Made by a program: the position numbers and the translations under genes. Below, piece after piece: positions 14,325-23,535 of a stretch of DNA of 32,164 nucleotides. A model generated the notes under the pieces. That model was not told the DNA's origin, made no database searches, and saw nothing but the letters and a program-made list of their open reading frames with translations. The stretch spans positions 1-32,164 of IMG/VR virus record IMGVR_UViG_3300032243_000020. One strand, given 5' to 3'. The stretch's first letter is position 1; every line of letters starts with the position of its first letter. This DNA is from a virus (lineage: Duplodnaviria > Caudoviricetes).

Positions 14325-15638
14325 TTACCCTATTTGTACCCAAGCATAAGCATTGGAAGAGTTTTTAAGACACACATAAAGATGGTTTGCAACCCCGCTA
14401 CCATTTTGCAAGGTTAACATATTTCCTTCATATACTGCACTAGCTGTTGGTAATGAAGCTACTAAGTTTGAACCTAAATTTGATACTTTTGTAATAGTTC
14501 CACAATTAATAAATTTAAAACTTGCCAATAATGTTGCACTTACATACTGCTCAAGCAAATACGTTGGAGTTGTATTTTGATAATAATTACATATAACACC
14601 ACTTGCACTTGTATCAAAAATTAATGTGTAGTAAGGAGCAGTTGTGCTTAAATTAGTAATATTTACATCAGACAAATTAATGTTTGCACTACCTAAATTA
14701 ATTCCATAATTGCATTTAGAAGTTTCTACATCTATTAAAGTAATATTTTGTGCATTTAAAATAGCATTAAATTTCAAAGCAGTTGTTGTAATAGGTGAAC
14801 TTGCGTTTATAGTTTCTATTACAAAACCATTAACTAAACCAAAAGGATCGCTAATAAAACATACACCATCAGTAGTAATGTTTGTATAAACACTTCCAGC
14901 CTGAGACATATAAATTGCCCAAGCAGTATTTGTTATTCCTGTTGCTTCGCAATGATCAAACTCGTTGTATGCACCACCATTTGAATAAAATCCATATTGA
15001 GTTACATTTCCTGTTACTAAAATATTAACAAACCTATTACTATAAACAGTATTTCCAGCTCCAGAATTTATGTAAACACCAGAAGTAGCATCTTGAATCC
15101 AAATATTTTCAAAAACCATTCTTGTAATTGGATAAATCGCAGTTGATACTAATTGAATACCCTTACAAGTGCTATTGCAATTTATTTTAAGATTGAATAT
15201 TCCACCACCTAAAATTACAAAAGCAGTTGAATCAACATTAAACGCCGGTACCTCAGTAACAGAAACTAAATTAATAATAGTTGTAGAAAATGATTGACCA
15301 ATTATAGAAATTGCTTTTGTTATGCTTAATGATGACGTTATCTTAAAAGTTCCTACAGGAAAATAAACTGTAGCAGATGTTCCATTCGTTAAAGTTTGAG
15401 CATAATTAATTGCCGCTTGAATAGCCGCTGTATCATCAGTAACACCGTCACCTTTAGCCCCATAATTTTTAACTGAAATTATTCCTAAATTATTTTGATT
15501 TTGCAATATCCCAAAGATTGCATTATCCACAGTATTAAAATACAACCCCAATACTTGCTCGAGCTGATCCATAAATAGCTTGTTGTATTCAAGCGGTGGG
15601 GCTGGTAGCCTTGGATTTTTAGTATTTATAATTGTCAT
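14325..15638 (-). CDS. Tail spike/needle with pectate-lyase-like right-handed beta-helix (probable polysaccharide-binding or depolymerase)
   Basis: 437 aa. SVKNYGAKGDGVTDDTAAIQAAIN and VYFPVGTFKI (Pectate_lyase_3-type N-cap), Asn/Ile-rich beta-helix, N-terminal PRLPAPPLEY anchor. Directly follows the nozzle gene. Confidence 0.8.
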   Translation of the reverse strand: MTIINTKNPRLPAPPLEYNKLFMDQLEQVLGLYFNTVDNAIFGILQNQNNLGIISVKNYGAKGDGVTDDTAAIQAAINYAQTLTNGTSATVYFPVGTFKITSSLSITKAISIIGQSFSTTIINLVSVTEVPAFNVDSTAFVILGGGIFNLKINCNSTCKGIQLVSTAIYPITRMVFENIWIQDATSGVYINSGAGNTVYSNRFVNILVTGNVTQYGFYSNGGAYNEFDHCEATGITNTAWAIYMSQAGSVYTNITTDGVCFISDPFGLVNGFVIETINASSPITTTALKFNAILNAQNITLIDVETSKCNYGINLGSANINLSDVNITNLSTTAPYYTLIFDTSASGVICNYYQNTTPTYLLEQYVSATLLASFKFINCGTITKVSNLGSNLVASLPTASAVYEGNMLTLQNGSGVANHLYVCLKNSSNAYAWVQIG

Positions 15639-17836
15639 TATCGTTTACCGTCAGGTCTAACTTCCATCCTAGGAACACCTAGCTGCCACTGCGTTCCTAC
15701 ATCGTTTGAAGTTACTAAAAATGACATTTGGCGCCCACGAATCCTGCAGTACGCATATTGAGTAAATTGCTGAACATCGTACGTACTTTGCCCTACATAG
15801 TTTTGTCCACTAGTCACAACCGGTAAATCAGCTGAGCCATAAAGAGCCCCTGGATTTTGCCTAGGGAGTGCAGTAAAAGTAACTTTTGGGTTGTTAACAG
15901 TAGACCCGTTAAAGCTAATATCAGGAATAATTCTCCATACAAACCCAAAGTTATGCCCATCGCCAATGTCAAAATCAGACGATTGAATAAACGCATCTAA
16001 CGCAACCGGTGGATTTGCTGTGCCGTTGTCGACACCGCTTTCATGGTAAATAATCCCTGATTGAACTACACCAATATCCGTTACTGTTACACCTGTAGGA
16101 TGAACTGAAGCTGTTGTGCCATACGCACCTCTTGAGCATCCTGTTAAGGTCGTACTTGTAGACCCAGTATAAATAATACGCTCGGCTTCAATCTCCACTA
16201 CACCAGCCGTAGGAAAGTCTCCTTTGCTTGCTATATTAATTGTAGAATCTGTTAGCCCAATTGCTTGTGTAACTGTTGTAACAGGTGCATATCCTGCTGA
16301 TGTTGGAAAGCCTCTAAGTGGTGTGTCAGACCAAGCCGTTCTAGTTAAATTACCGTAATACCAAGTTTGTTCTAAATGATTATAAATTACATACTTATCA
16401 ATCACGCTTGAGTTTGCTGAACAATAAAACCACCAAATCTCGCTAAATCCTTCGTTAATGCCCGAAAAAAATTGGTAAGATTGACTTTGATTAATGTCTT
16501 GAAATACATATTCTCTTAACGTACATGGTAGTGTTTGAACTTGTCCAGAGTACATAAAAAATTTATCTTTGCCCATCCAGTAAGTAACGTTGTTAACCGC
16601 CGCTGCAACGTTAGGGCCCATAATTGAAATGTTGTCACCAAGAATATTAAAACCCCATACATACGGTGCGCCTAAGTATTGCATAGAATATATTGCAATA
16701 TCAGTAAATACTACAATTTCTTGTCTAGTTTGCACCGCCGATATAATCTGTGAGCCACGGCTTAATGTATAGCTACCTGCTTGGTTAGTTATAGCAGGGT
16801 ACCATGTAGTAATATTTTGTTGATCCGACCAACTAATTAACATTGGATTTTGAACCCCATTACCTAGTGTATCTGTACCAAATGCAATAACAAACCGACT
16901 AGCATCTGAAACCATAACAAAATTACAAATAGTAGGGCATGCAGCTGTACCAGCATCTGTTCTCCAATACGCAACAGTATTTTGAGTGTTTGTATTAGTT
17001 GGAGATAAAACTTGTCCTACGTTATATACGTTAGGGTTTGTATCTACAACCCAGTAATAAATAGGCCCACCACGAGGGTTAAATACTAAATTTTGCCCGT
17101 AGTTTGCTTGGCTCCACAAACGCAACTGAGACCCAATACCCAACCCAGCGGGAGCGGAAATACCCCATCCTGTATTAGAATACCCGGTATTAACTCCACC
17201 CCATCCCCCAGCACCCCATCCAGCATTTTGTGTGTAAAATGCACTACCTGTTGTAATTTGATATGTCGCAATTGTAGAACCGCCACCATTTCCAGTATCG
17301 CTTGAATTGGCTGTAACTGAAACTGTAATTGAATACTGTGTTCCAGAAATGTATGTAATTTGATACCCTTGAGCCTGATTTAAAATTGCCGCAGTAACAT
17401 TACCACCTAGCGATGTGGCACTTGTAAATGTTACAAAGTCCCCAGATTGCGCACCATGTCCAGTTTGAGTAACAGTAATGACAGAAAAACCATTGACCGC
17501 TGCAAATGTTGCTGCACCAGCTGAAGATACAACACGGATAGGTGTAACATCATAAATAACTCCTCCGGTACCTTGCTGAATATAAAACTTTTGGTTAGTA
17601 CCAATACCTAAAAAGTTATACCCGTTAAGCGCTATCCAATTTTTTAATGACCTAGCAACACCAACATATGCATTACCTGTACTTACTGTGCCACTATCTA
17701 GTGTCCACCCACCAAGTTTTTCTACTTGCCCAGAACGAAACCTAATTTTGTCGCAAGCATACCAGCCACCCTCATTAGCAAGGGTAGTACCTTCTCTATT
17801 TACGCCCGGTCTAAATTGTAGTTTCTGTAATGACAT
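15638..17836 (-). CDS. Tail nozzle / packaged-DNA stabilization protein (P22 gp10 / T7 gp12-like)
   Basis: 732 aa. Start FRPGVNRE..GGWYACDKIRFR, beta-propeller-like segments (ISWSDQ, TYWMGKDKFFMYSG, FSEIWWFY), end RIRGRQMSF...WQLGVPRMEVRPDGKR. Gene position fits. Confidence 0.75.
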   Translation of the reverse strand: MSLQKLQFRPGVNREGTTLANEGGWYACDKIRFRSGQVEKLGGWTLDSGTVSTGNAYVGVARSLKNWIALNGYNFLGIGTNQKFYIQQGTGGVIYDVTPIRVVSSAGAATFAAVNGFSVITVTQTGHGAQSGDFVTFTSATSLGGNVTAAILNQAQGYQITYISGTQYSITVSVTANSSDTGNGGGSTIATYQITTGSAFYTQNAGWGAGGWGGVNTGYSNTGWGISAPAGLGIGSQLRLWSQANYGQNLVFNPRGGPIYYWVVDTNPNVYNVGQVLSPTNTNTQNTVAYWRTDAGTAACPTICNFVMVSDASRFVIAFGTDTLGNGVQNPMLISWSDQQNITTWYPAITNQAGSYTLSRGSQIISAVQTRQEIVVFTDIAIYSMQYLGAPYVWGFNILGDNISIMGPNVAAAVNNVTYWMGKDKFFMYSGQVQTLPCTLREYVFQDINQSQSYQFFSGINEGFSEIWWFYCSANSSVIDKYVIYNHLEQTWYYGNLTRTAWSDTPLRGFPTSAGYAPVTTVTQAIGLTDSTINIASKGDFPTAGVVEIEAERIIYTGSTSTTLTGCSRGAYGTTASVHPTGVTVTDIGVVQSGIIYHESGVDNGTANPPVALDAFIQSSDFDIGDGHNFGFVWRIIPDISFNGSTVNNPKVTFTALPRQNPGALYGSADLPVVTSGQNYVGQSTYDVQQFTQYAYCRIRGRQMSFLVTSNDVGTQWQLGVPRMEVRPDGKR

Positions 17837-17837
17837 A

Positions 17838-18266
17838 TTAAACGTAAGCCCTTGTCCCTGTTTTGTCGATGATTAATGCTTGCTTGCGTGGTTTACCATC
17901 AGGGCTATTAGGGATAGAAATATGTGTCCAACTATCAAACTCACGAATGATTTGATCATATTCAAGTCCTGAAGCAATTATTGCTTGGACTACTTCATCA
18001 GGTTTCATACCTGGTACACGGATATCAGCCGCACAGCCAACCCTATGTTGAGAACTGTCTTTTGACCCAACCGCATCATTTACTTGCTTGGATCGGAACG
18101 CTGAGTTAATCATAATTGGTTTACCACGAAGCACAATCTTTACTCGCTCAAGAAACTCAGCTAAACGTTGTAGGTTTGCAAGTTCTGATTCATTAGGTGT
18201 GTTATCAAACTGACGATGGTCAGTATGCGTAAGTTCTTCTAACGTAAAGTGTTCAGTTAAGTTCAT
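17838..18266 (-). CDS. Endolysin, peptidase M15A family (D-Ala-D-Ala metallo-carboxypeptidase-like fold)
   Basis: HFTLEEL, INSAFRS..VN.AVGS...SQH..GCAADI and WTHIS give the Zn ligands H, D, H of M15 peptidases. Confidence 0.9.
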   Translation of the reverse strand: MNLTEHFTLEELTHTDHRQFDNTPNESELANLQRLAEFLERVKIVLRGKPIMINSAFRSKQVNDAVGSKDSSQHRVGCAADIRVPGMKPDEVVQAIIASGLEYDQIIREFDSWTHISIPNSPDGKPRKQALIIDKTGTRAYV

Positions 18267-18760
18267 TGTGGTGTACTCCTATGTAACATTTCAGTTTGTT
18301 TTTCAGAATGAGCGGAACTGCCAAAGTAAAAATTTAAAACTAACAACAAAGAAGCATCTAAAGTTCCTAATATCCTAGCAACTAATTCACGCATTTCTTG
18401 AGCAATCACATGAGTTAATAAAAAATATTGTATTAGTACCCAAGCCGTAACTACTAAAACAGACAACAACGCAGGTACAAACGACTTTGTTGACATCTGC
18501 ATTTCACGAGCTGACTTGCGGTCATCTACTGCTAATTTTTCAAAATCAAGACCTAACTCCTGTGCCTTGGCTTGTAAATTTATTTCGGCTTGTTTAAGAG
18601 AAACCATCTGTTCAGCAGATAACTTACCTGTTTCAATGGTCTTTTGAACGTCTTTTTCGTCTATACCTAAAGCCTTAGATATAGCAGTCACCGCAAGACC
18701 CGCTAGTGGTCCACCAAGCGCAGTTGCTATACCGGGGGCTATTTGAGTAAGCCATTCCAT
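18263..18760 (-). CDS. Putative holin (3TM/GTA-type)
   Basis: 165 aa. IAPGIATALGGPLAGLAV, DDRKSAREMQ, two hydrophobic segments, NFYFGSS. Overlaps the endolysin start. Confidence 0.75.
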   Translation of the reverse strand: MEWLTQIAPGIATALGGPLAGLAVTAISKALGIDEKDVQKTIETGKLSAEQMVSLKQAEINLQAKAQELGLDFEKLAVDDRKSAREMQMSTKSFVPALLSVLVVTAWVLIQYFLLTHVIAQEMRELVARILGTLDASLLLVLNFYFGSSAHSEKQTEMLHRSTPQ

Positions 18761-19038
18761 TATTGTTTTCCTTCTTCAAAAATATTTACAAATACAGTAT
18801 TATCTTCTAGCGCTTCAATTGAGTGCCATTCATCCGCAGGTAAATTTAAAGGCTGGCTATTTTTGTCAATTGTATAACTACGACCTTCTAAACTTACTAA
18901 ACAAGATCCACTATGGCAAACTGTTGCGTGTGAATATAAATGTTGGTGTTTTGGCAACCCTTCTCCCACATTTGCATGGAAAACATTAACCTGAGCAGAT
19001 GCATAAGTAAAAGAATGGGCAGGCGCAATATTAACCAT
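18760..19038 (-). CDS. Cupin (RmlC-like) domain protein
   Basis: 92 aa. LPKHQHLYSHATVCHSG and LPADEWHSIEALED match cupin motifs 1 and 2 with His metal ligands. Confidence 0.85.
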   Translation of the reverse strand: MVNIAPAHSFTYASAQVNVFHANVGEGLPKHQHLYSHATVCHSGSCLVSLEGRSYTIDKNSQPLNLPADEWHSIEALEDNTVFVNIFEEGKQ

Positions 19039-19337
19039 TATGCAGTTTGTAGACCAGTTGAAATAGGTTGTTTAATTAATGAAGTTTGAGGTGGTGGTAA
19101 AGGTGGAGTCCACGCATTCCAAACAGCTACACAAGCATTAGCCCAGTCAGGCAATATTGTAATTATTTCATTTGGTGGTTTTGGTACACCATCAAACTCA
19201 ATTTCACCTTCTGTTTCATACCACTGCAAAGCGTGAATATCTTGTGGTATTCCGCAAGTAGATAAATCTAAAGGACGGTGTGAACTATCCCCATCTACTG
19301 ATACAAAAGAATCGCTAGGAATAATTGTTAATTTCAT
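19038..19337 (-). CDS. Hypothetical protein, possibly tail fibre assembly chaperone
   Basis: 99 aa. MKLTIIPSD..V.VDG, IHALQW...GEIEF and a Pro-rich tail. Downstream of the fibre and translationally coupled. Confidence 0.55.
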   Translation of the reverse strand: MKLTIIPSDSFVSVDGDSSHRPLDLSTCGIPQDIHALQWYETEGEIEFDGVPKPPNEIITILPDWANACVAVWNAWTPPLPPPQTSLIKQPISTGLQTA

Positions 19338-19648
19338 TTGTCATTCTCCAAAATTAAAGTGTGCATTTGTTGCGGTATGTTTGCAGCGGCTAATAATACT
19401 TTTTGACTCGTTTCATTAGATTTAACCATTTCATTTCTAAAACTTTCAACAGCAGCGGCTGTACTATGTTGTTGCCTTGCGTTTTCAATTAACATCATTG
19501 GCATCATAGACATAGCGCACCCCCAATCTTTTAATGGTTCACCTGTATTTGGATGGGTACCGTGAATTTCAATAAACCAAGCACAATCAAGTTGTTTGCA
19601 AGGGGCAAAATTATTTAATGGGCAATTATTTTTAGGCTCAAGTTTCAT
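19334..19648 (-). CDS. Cys-rich conserved hypothetical protein
   Basis: 104 aa. CPL-x5-C-x4-CAW...WGCA followed by helical AAAVESFRNEMVK. Directly follows the fibre gene. Confidence 0.7.
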   Translation of the reverse strand: MKLEPKNNCPLNNFAPCKQLDCAWFIEIHGTHPNTGEPLKDWGCAMSMMPMMLIENARQQHSTAAAVESFRNEMVKSNETSQKVLLAAANIPQQMHTLILENDK

Positions 19649-19656
19649 AAATAACC

Positions 19657-20691
19657 TTAGTTTTTAGTGCATAAAATATGGTTTTGATATAACACATTTA
19701 AAGTTATAGCAGATGATGTTGCAGAACCTGAAAGAGAGTGAGTGTGTGAACCCCCGCCACCTTGTGCATCAGTATTACCGCTATATGTACTAGTCGCATT
19801 ACTTATATATTGAACCCCAGTACCTGCCCCGCAAGTACTACCCCCATTTAAAACTATAGTGTGAGAGTGCGAAGGTATTTGAGAAGTTGAAAGAGTTGTT
19901 GCTCCTACAGATAAACCTGATGTGGTAATTGTTGGAGTTTGATTAGCAAATACAGTGCTAAAAGCAGTTGTACCCCCTGTTGTACCCCCTACACCACTTA
20001 CAATACGCATAGCGTAATCATTCATTGCTGTTACTTGTGTCCATCCAGTTGGGGCTGCGGATTGATAAAAGTTAGTAACTGATCCTGATGGTATTGATAC
20101 AGGGCTTGCTGCTACTGCCGTTGCTACATAAGCAGTTGTTGCTACTTTTGTGCTATTATCTCCAGCCGTTTGGGTAGTTGCTGTTACGCTGCTTGCAATT
20201 GTTCCACCAGACAAAAGATTAGTAGCATTTGTAGCATTTGCAATTATAGTTTCCGCGTTATAAAAGTTTGTACCATCACCATAAATAATCATGCTATTGC
20301 CGTTTGTAACAGTAACTCCAGTGCCTGTAGCGTATTTAATCTGGATACTTTGTCCACCAGTAGTAGAGTTTTTAATGATGTATACTTTACTTGCTGATGC
20401 TGGAGCAATGACGTTGCGTGTAGCCGTTAAACTTCCGGAACTTGTTACCACTAACACAGCACTTCTAGCTTGGTCTACTGAGCCGTTATTTGCAGTTAAA
20501 GTAATGTCAGCATCGGTTGGAAAATTTACTGCTGGGTATGTGCCACTAATGTATGGCCCGCCTGATACGCCAGCAACGGCTTGTTCTAAAATTGAACCTA
20601 AAGTGGTATTAGTCGTGTTGCCCCAAGTACCAGCTTGATCTCCTGTACCGATAAGTTCAGTTCGTAAATTTGTTGAGTAAGTAGATGCCAT
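19657..20691 (-). CDS. Tail fibre protein with collar-like domain and HxH needle tip
   Basis: 344 aa. N-terminal anchor MASTYSTNLRTELIGTGDQAGTWG, TQTAGDNSTKVATTAYV fibre repeat, collar IPSGSV..F...AAPTGW, TLSTSQIPSHSH and GSHTH motifs. Confidence 0.85.
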   Translation of the reverse strand: MASTYSTNLRTELIGTGDQAGTWGNTTNTTLGSILEQAVAGVSGGPYISGTYPAVNFPTDADITLTANNGSVDQARSAVLVVTSSGSLTATRNVIAPASASKVYIIKNSTTGGQSIQIKYATGTGVTVTNGNSMIIYGDGTNFYNAETIIANATNATNLLSGGTIASSVTATTQTAGDNSTKVATTAYVATAVAASPVSIPSGSVTNFYQSAAPTGWTQVTAMNDYAMRIVSGVGGTTGGTTAFSTVFANQTPTITTSGLSVGATTLSTSQIPSHSHTIVLNGGSTCGAGTGVQYISNATSTYSGNTDAQGGGGSHTHSLSGSATSSAITLNVLYQNHILCTKN

Positions 20692-20700
20692 TTTTTATCC

Positions 20701-23301
20701 TTATTGACTATTATTTATAGGTGACCATACTGTAGATACGTTATTGTTTATTGGGCTCCAAGTTACAGATTGGTTATTGTTAATAGTCACCCACCCGCTT
20801 GTAGTATTAATATCCGATAATACCAAATTTTCAACAATATTAACAGCATAATCTATTCCTGTAACACCGATACGTATATCAAATACAGAAATATTTTCTG
20901 TTACAGATGCAGTATAAGATGCACTAGTCGATGCAGTTGCGATATCAGCTAAACTAATGTTTTCAACTACATTCTGTGAAGAACCAGCGCTAATAGTTTG
21001 AGAATTAGCAGGGGCAAAGTTTTCAACAGGGCTAATCTTATACGCAGAAACTATTATTTGACTATCTGCTAACCCAGTATTTTCATTTACAGGAATACTA
21101 AAAACAGACGCAATAATTTGAGAATCAGCGGAACCAAAATTTTCAGTAACACTTGCAGTAAAGTAACCGCCAGCATATGCATTTGAAGTTTCAGCCGCCC
21201 CAATATTCTCTACTACTGCACCAGAATAAGTGACATTAATAGTTTGAGAATTGGCAGAACCAATATTTTCAGTTACAGAACCTGAGTATGTAACATTTAT
21301 TGTTTGACTATCAGCAGAACCTAGGTTTTCAGTTACAGAACCTGAGTATGTAACATTTATTGTTTGACTATCTGCAGAACCAATATTTTCTGTTGTAGAA
21401 CGTGAATAAGTAGATGTAACAGTTTGAGAATCTGCTAGACCTGTGTTTTCAGTTATAGAACCTGAGTATGTAACATTTATTGTTTGAGAATCAGCGGAAC
21501 CTATGTTTTCTACTACTGCACTAGAATAAGTAACATTAATAGTTTGAGAGTCAGCGGAACCAATATTTTCAGTTACAGAACTTAGATATGCTGGGCTAAT
21601 AGTTTGACTATCTGCTAAACCGGTGTTTTCAGTTACGGCGCCAGAATACGTTACACTAACAATTTGACTATCTGTTGAGCCAACGTTTTCAGACGCAAAC
21701 CGTGAAGAACCGGCACTTATTGTTTGAGAATCAGCAGAACCTATGTTTTCAGTTACAGAAATTCCATAAGTAGCTCCAATAGTCTGACTGTCCGCTACAC
21801 CAACATTTTCAGTTACAGCGCCAGAATTAGCCGAATTATTAACCGCAGTTGCGGTATCATCTAAACCAATGTTTTCAGCTCTACTAACTGAATAAGTTGT
21901 AATAACAGTTTGACTATCAGCTGAATTAATATTTTCCGCAATTGAAATACTAAAAACAGATGCGATAGTTTGAATATCTGCCGAACCAATATTTTCAGTT
22001 ACAGGAAGGGAATAAGCACTATTATTATACCCACTACCCCAAGTATCACGGCTCCAAGGCCCAGACCCCCAGCCATTATTAAGCCCACTAGTATTGGTAT
22101 CCGCTAACCCAATATTTTCAGTTACTGAAGCAGTATAAGAACCTGTAGTTGATGCAGTTGCAGAATCAGCAGAACCAATGTTTTCAACTACAGAACCTGA
22201 GTATGTAATGCTTACTGTTTGGGAATCTGCTAGACCGGTGTTTTCTGTTACAGACCGTGAAGAACCTGTACTTACTGTCTGAGAATCAGCAGAACCAATA
22301 TTTTCAGTTACAGAACCTGAGTATGTAACGCTTACTGTTTGAGAATCAGCAGAGCCAATGTTTTCAGTTACGGTGCCAGTATAAGCACCGCCGCCTGTGG
22401 TGTAAGTGAAGATAATAAGACCTGCACCACCAGCACCTGATGTTGAGCCTGATCCACCACCGCCACCATATGCCCCGCCAGCGCCCGCTGTTGCGCCAAA
22501 CCATGCGCCACCACCGCCACCACCAGGACCTGCTGTTCCACCAGCAGTTGCAGTATAGATATTTCCTGCGCCACCATTACCACCTGTTCCTGGAGAACCA
22601 TATCCTGAGCCACCACCGCCCCCTGCTGTACCTGCACCACCACCACTTGACCCGTTTATACCAGCAGTACCCGCACCCGCCCCACTACCGTTATTACCGC
22701 CAGCAGCACCAGCACTAGCAGTACCAGCCGCCCCAGCATTTCCAGCACCTGCTATTGTGGCTGCCCCACCGCCCCCACCGCCCCCACCGTTGTTTGAACT
22801 TACTGCACCGCCTGCTCCACCAACACCACCAGGACCTGCCGCAGCACCACCCCCAGGGTAACACCCAGTAACAGGACCAATGTTAGCACCGCCATTACCA
22901 CCTGAAAAATTTGTAGTACCTACACCAGATGCGGATGCTCCACCAATACCACCTGTAGAACCTGTAGATGTTGAACCACCTTTTGCAAAAGCACCATCAG
23001 TTGATGCTCCCGGTGGAAGAGTAGCCCCTGATACAGCGTTAAACCATGTATCACCGCCTGAAACAGTAGCACTACCCCCCGCTCCAATGTTAACCTTAAC
23101 AGTATTATTGGCTGCAAGATTACTAGCAGTTATAGATGTAGTTTTAGCATACGCACCGCCACCGCCGCCACCGTTATAACTTGACCCTGCACCGCCGCCG
23201 CCCGCACCACCTCCGATACACTCTACGGATACTAAAGAACTAAAGTCCGATGGTATTGTATAAGAAGTGCCCGAAGTGATGAATACGACTTTAGTTGCCA
23301 T
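20701..23301 (-). CDS. Fibre/whisker-like structural protein: N-terminal glycine-rich adhesin-like domain plus ~25 x 20-aa repeats
   Basis: 866 aa. VFITSGTSYTIP..VECIGGGAGGGG...GAGGAGLIIFTY Gly-rich domain, repeats SVTENIGSADSQTINVTYS, C-terminal W-x-x-I-N-N triplet. Confidence 0.75.
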   Translation of the reverse strand: MATKVVFITSGTSYTIPSDFSSLVSVECIGGGAGGGGAGSSYNGGGGGGAYAKTTSITASNLAANNTVKVNIGAGGSATVSGGDTWFNAVSGATLPPGASTDGAFAKGGSTSTGSTGGIGGASASGVGTTNFSGGNGGANIGPVTGCYPGGGAAAGPGGVGGAGGAVSSNNGGGGGGGGAATIAGAGNAGAAGTASAGAAGGNNGSGAGAGTAGINGSSGGGAGTAGGGGGSGYGSPGTGGNGGAGNIYTATAGGTAGPGGGGGGAWFGATAGAGGAYGGGGGSGSTSGAGGAGLIIFTYTTGGGAYTGTVTENIGSADSQTVSVTYSGSVTENIGSADSQTVSTGSSRSVTENTGLADSQTVSITYSGSVVENIGSADSATASTTGSYTASVTENIGLADTNTSGLNNGWGSGPWSRDTWGSGYNNSAYSLPVTENIGSADIQTIASVFSISIAENINSADSQTVITTYSVSRAENIGLDDTATAVNNSANSGAVTENVGVADSQTIGATYGISVTENIGSADSQTISAGSSRFASENVGSTDSQIVSVTYSGAVTENTGLADSQTISPAYLSSVTENIGSADSQTINVTYSSAVVENIGSADSQTINVTYSGSITENTGLADSQTVTSTYSRSTTENIGSADSQTINVTYSGSVTENLGSADSQTINVTYSGSVTENIGSANSQTINVTYSGAVVENIGAAETSNAYAGGYFTASVTENFGSADSQIIASVFSIPVNENTGLADSQIIVSAYKISPVENFAPANSQTISAGSSQNVVENISLADIATASTSASYTASVTENISVFDIRIGVTGIDYAVNIVENLVLSDINTTSGWVTINNNQSVTWSPINNNVSTVWSPINNSQ
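20800..22380 (-). repeat. Degenerate 60 bp tandem coding repeat (~25 units)
   Basis: Recurrent plus-strand unit such as gtttgagaatcagcagaaccaatattttcagttacagaacctgagtatgtaac. The 60 bp period is visible in lines 21241-21600. Confidence 0.9.
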
Positions 23302-23304
23302 TAT

Positions 23305-23517
23305 TTACTCTGGGATTTGTGGTGTAGGAGGCAACGGTTCAGGAGGGTTTGGATTAATAAAATTTACACCATTCCAAAAATACCCCGGACCTGCGTAGTT
23401 TCCGTCCGCATCGGGGTATTCTATAAGGTACATGCCCTCTGGGGCGGGGTCAGTAGGTTCACATACAATGATGTTAACTACTAACCCTGTAGAATCGACA
23501 ACTGCACAGGTAGTCAT
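23305..23517 (-). CDS. Small protein, probable chaperone/partner of the Gly-rich adhesin domain
   Basis: 70 aa. CAVVDSTGLVVNIIV...AGPGYFWNGVNFINP pattern, which is commonly adjacent to Gly-rich fibre genes. RBS GAGGG. Confidence 0.6.
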   Translation of the reverse strand: MTTCAVVDSTGLVVNIIVCEPTDPAPEGMYLIEYPDADGNYAGPGYFWNGVNFINPNPPEPLPPTPQIPE

Positions 23518-23535
23518 TTGCCGCCCTCATAAAGA

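Noticed and set aside
20800-22380. Ice-nucleation or RTX-type repeats; DGR template/variable repeats
   Set aside because: The 20 aa unit lacks the AGYGST and GGxGxD consensus. No reverse transcriptase is present and the mismatches are not adenine-specific.
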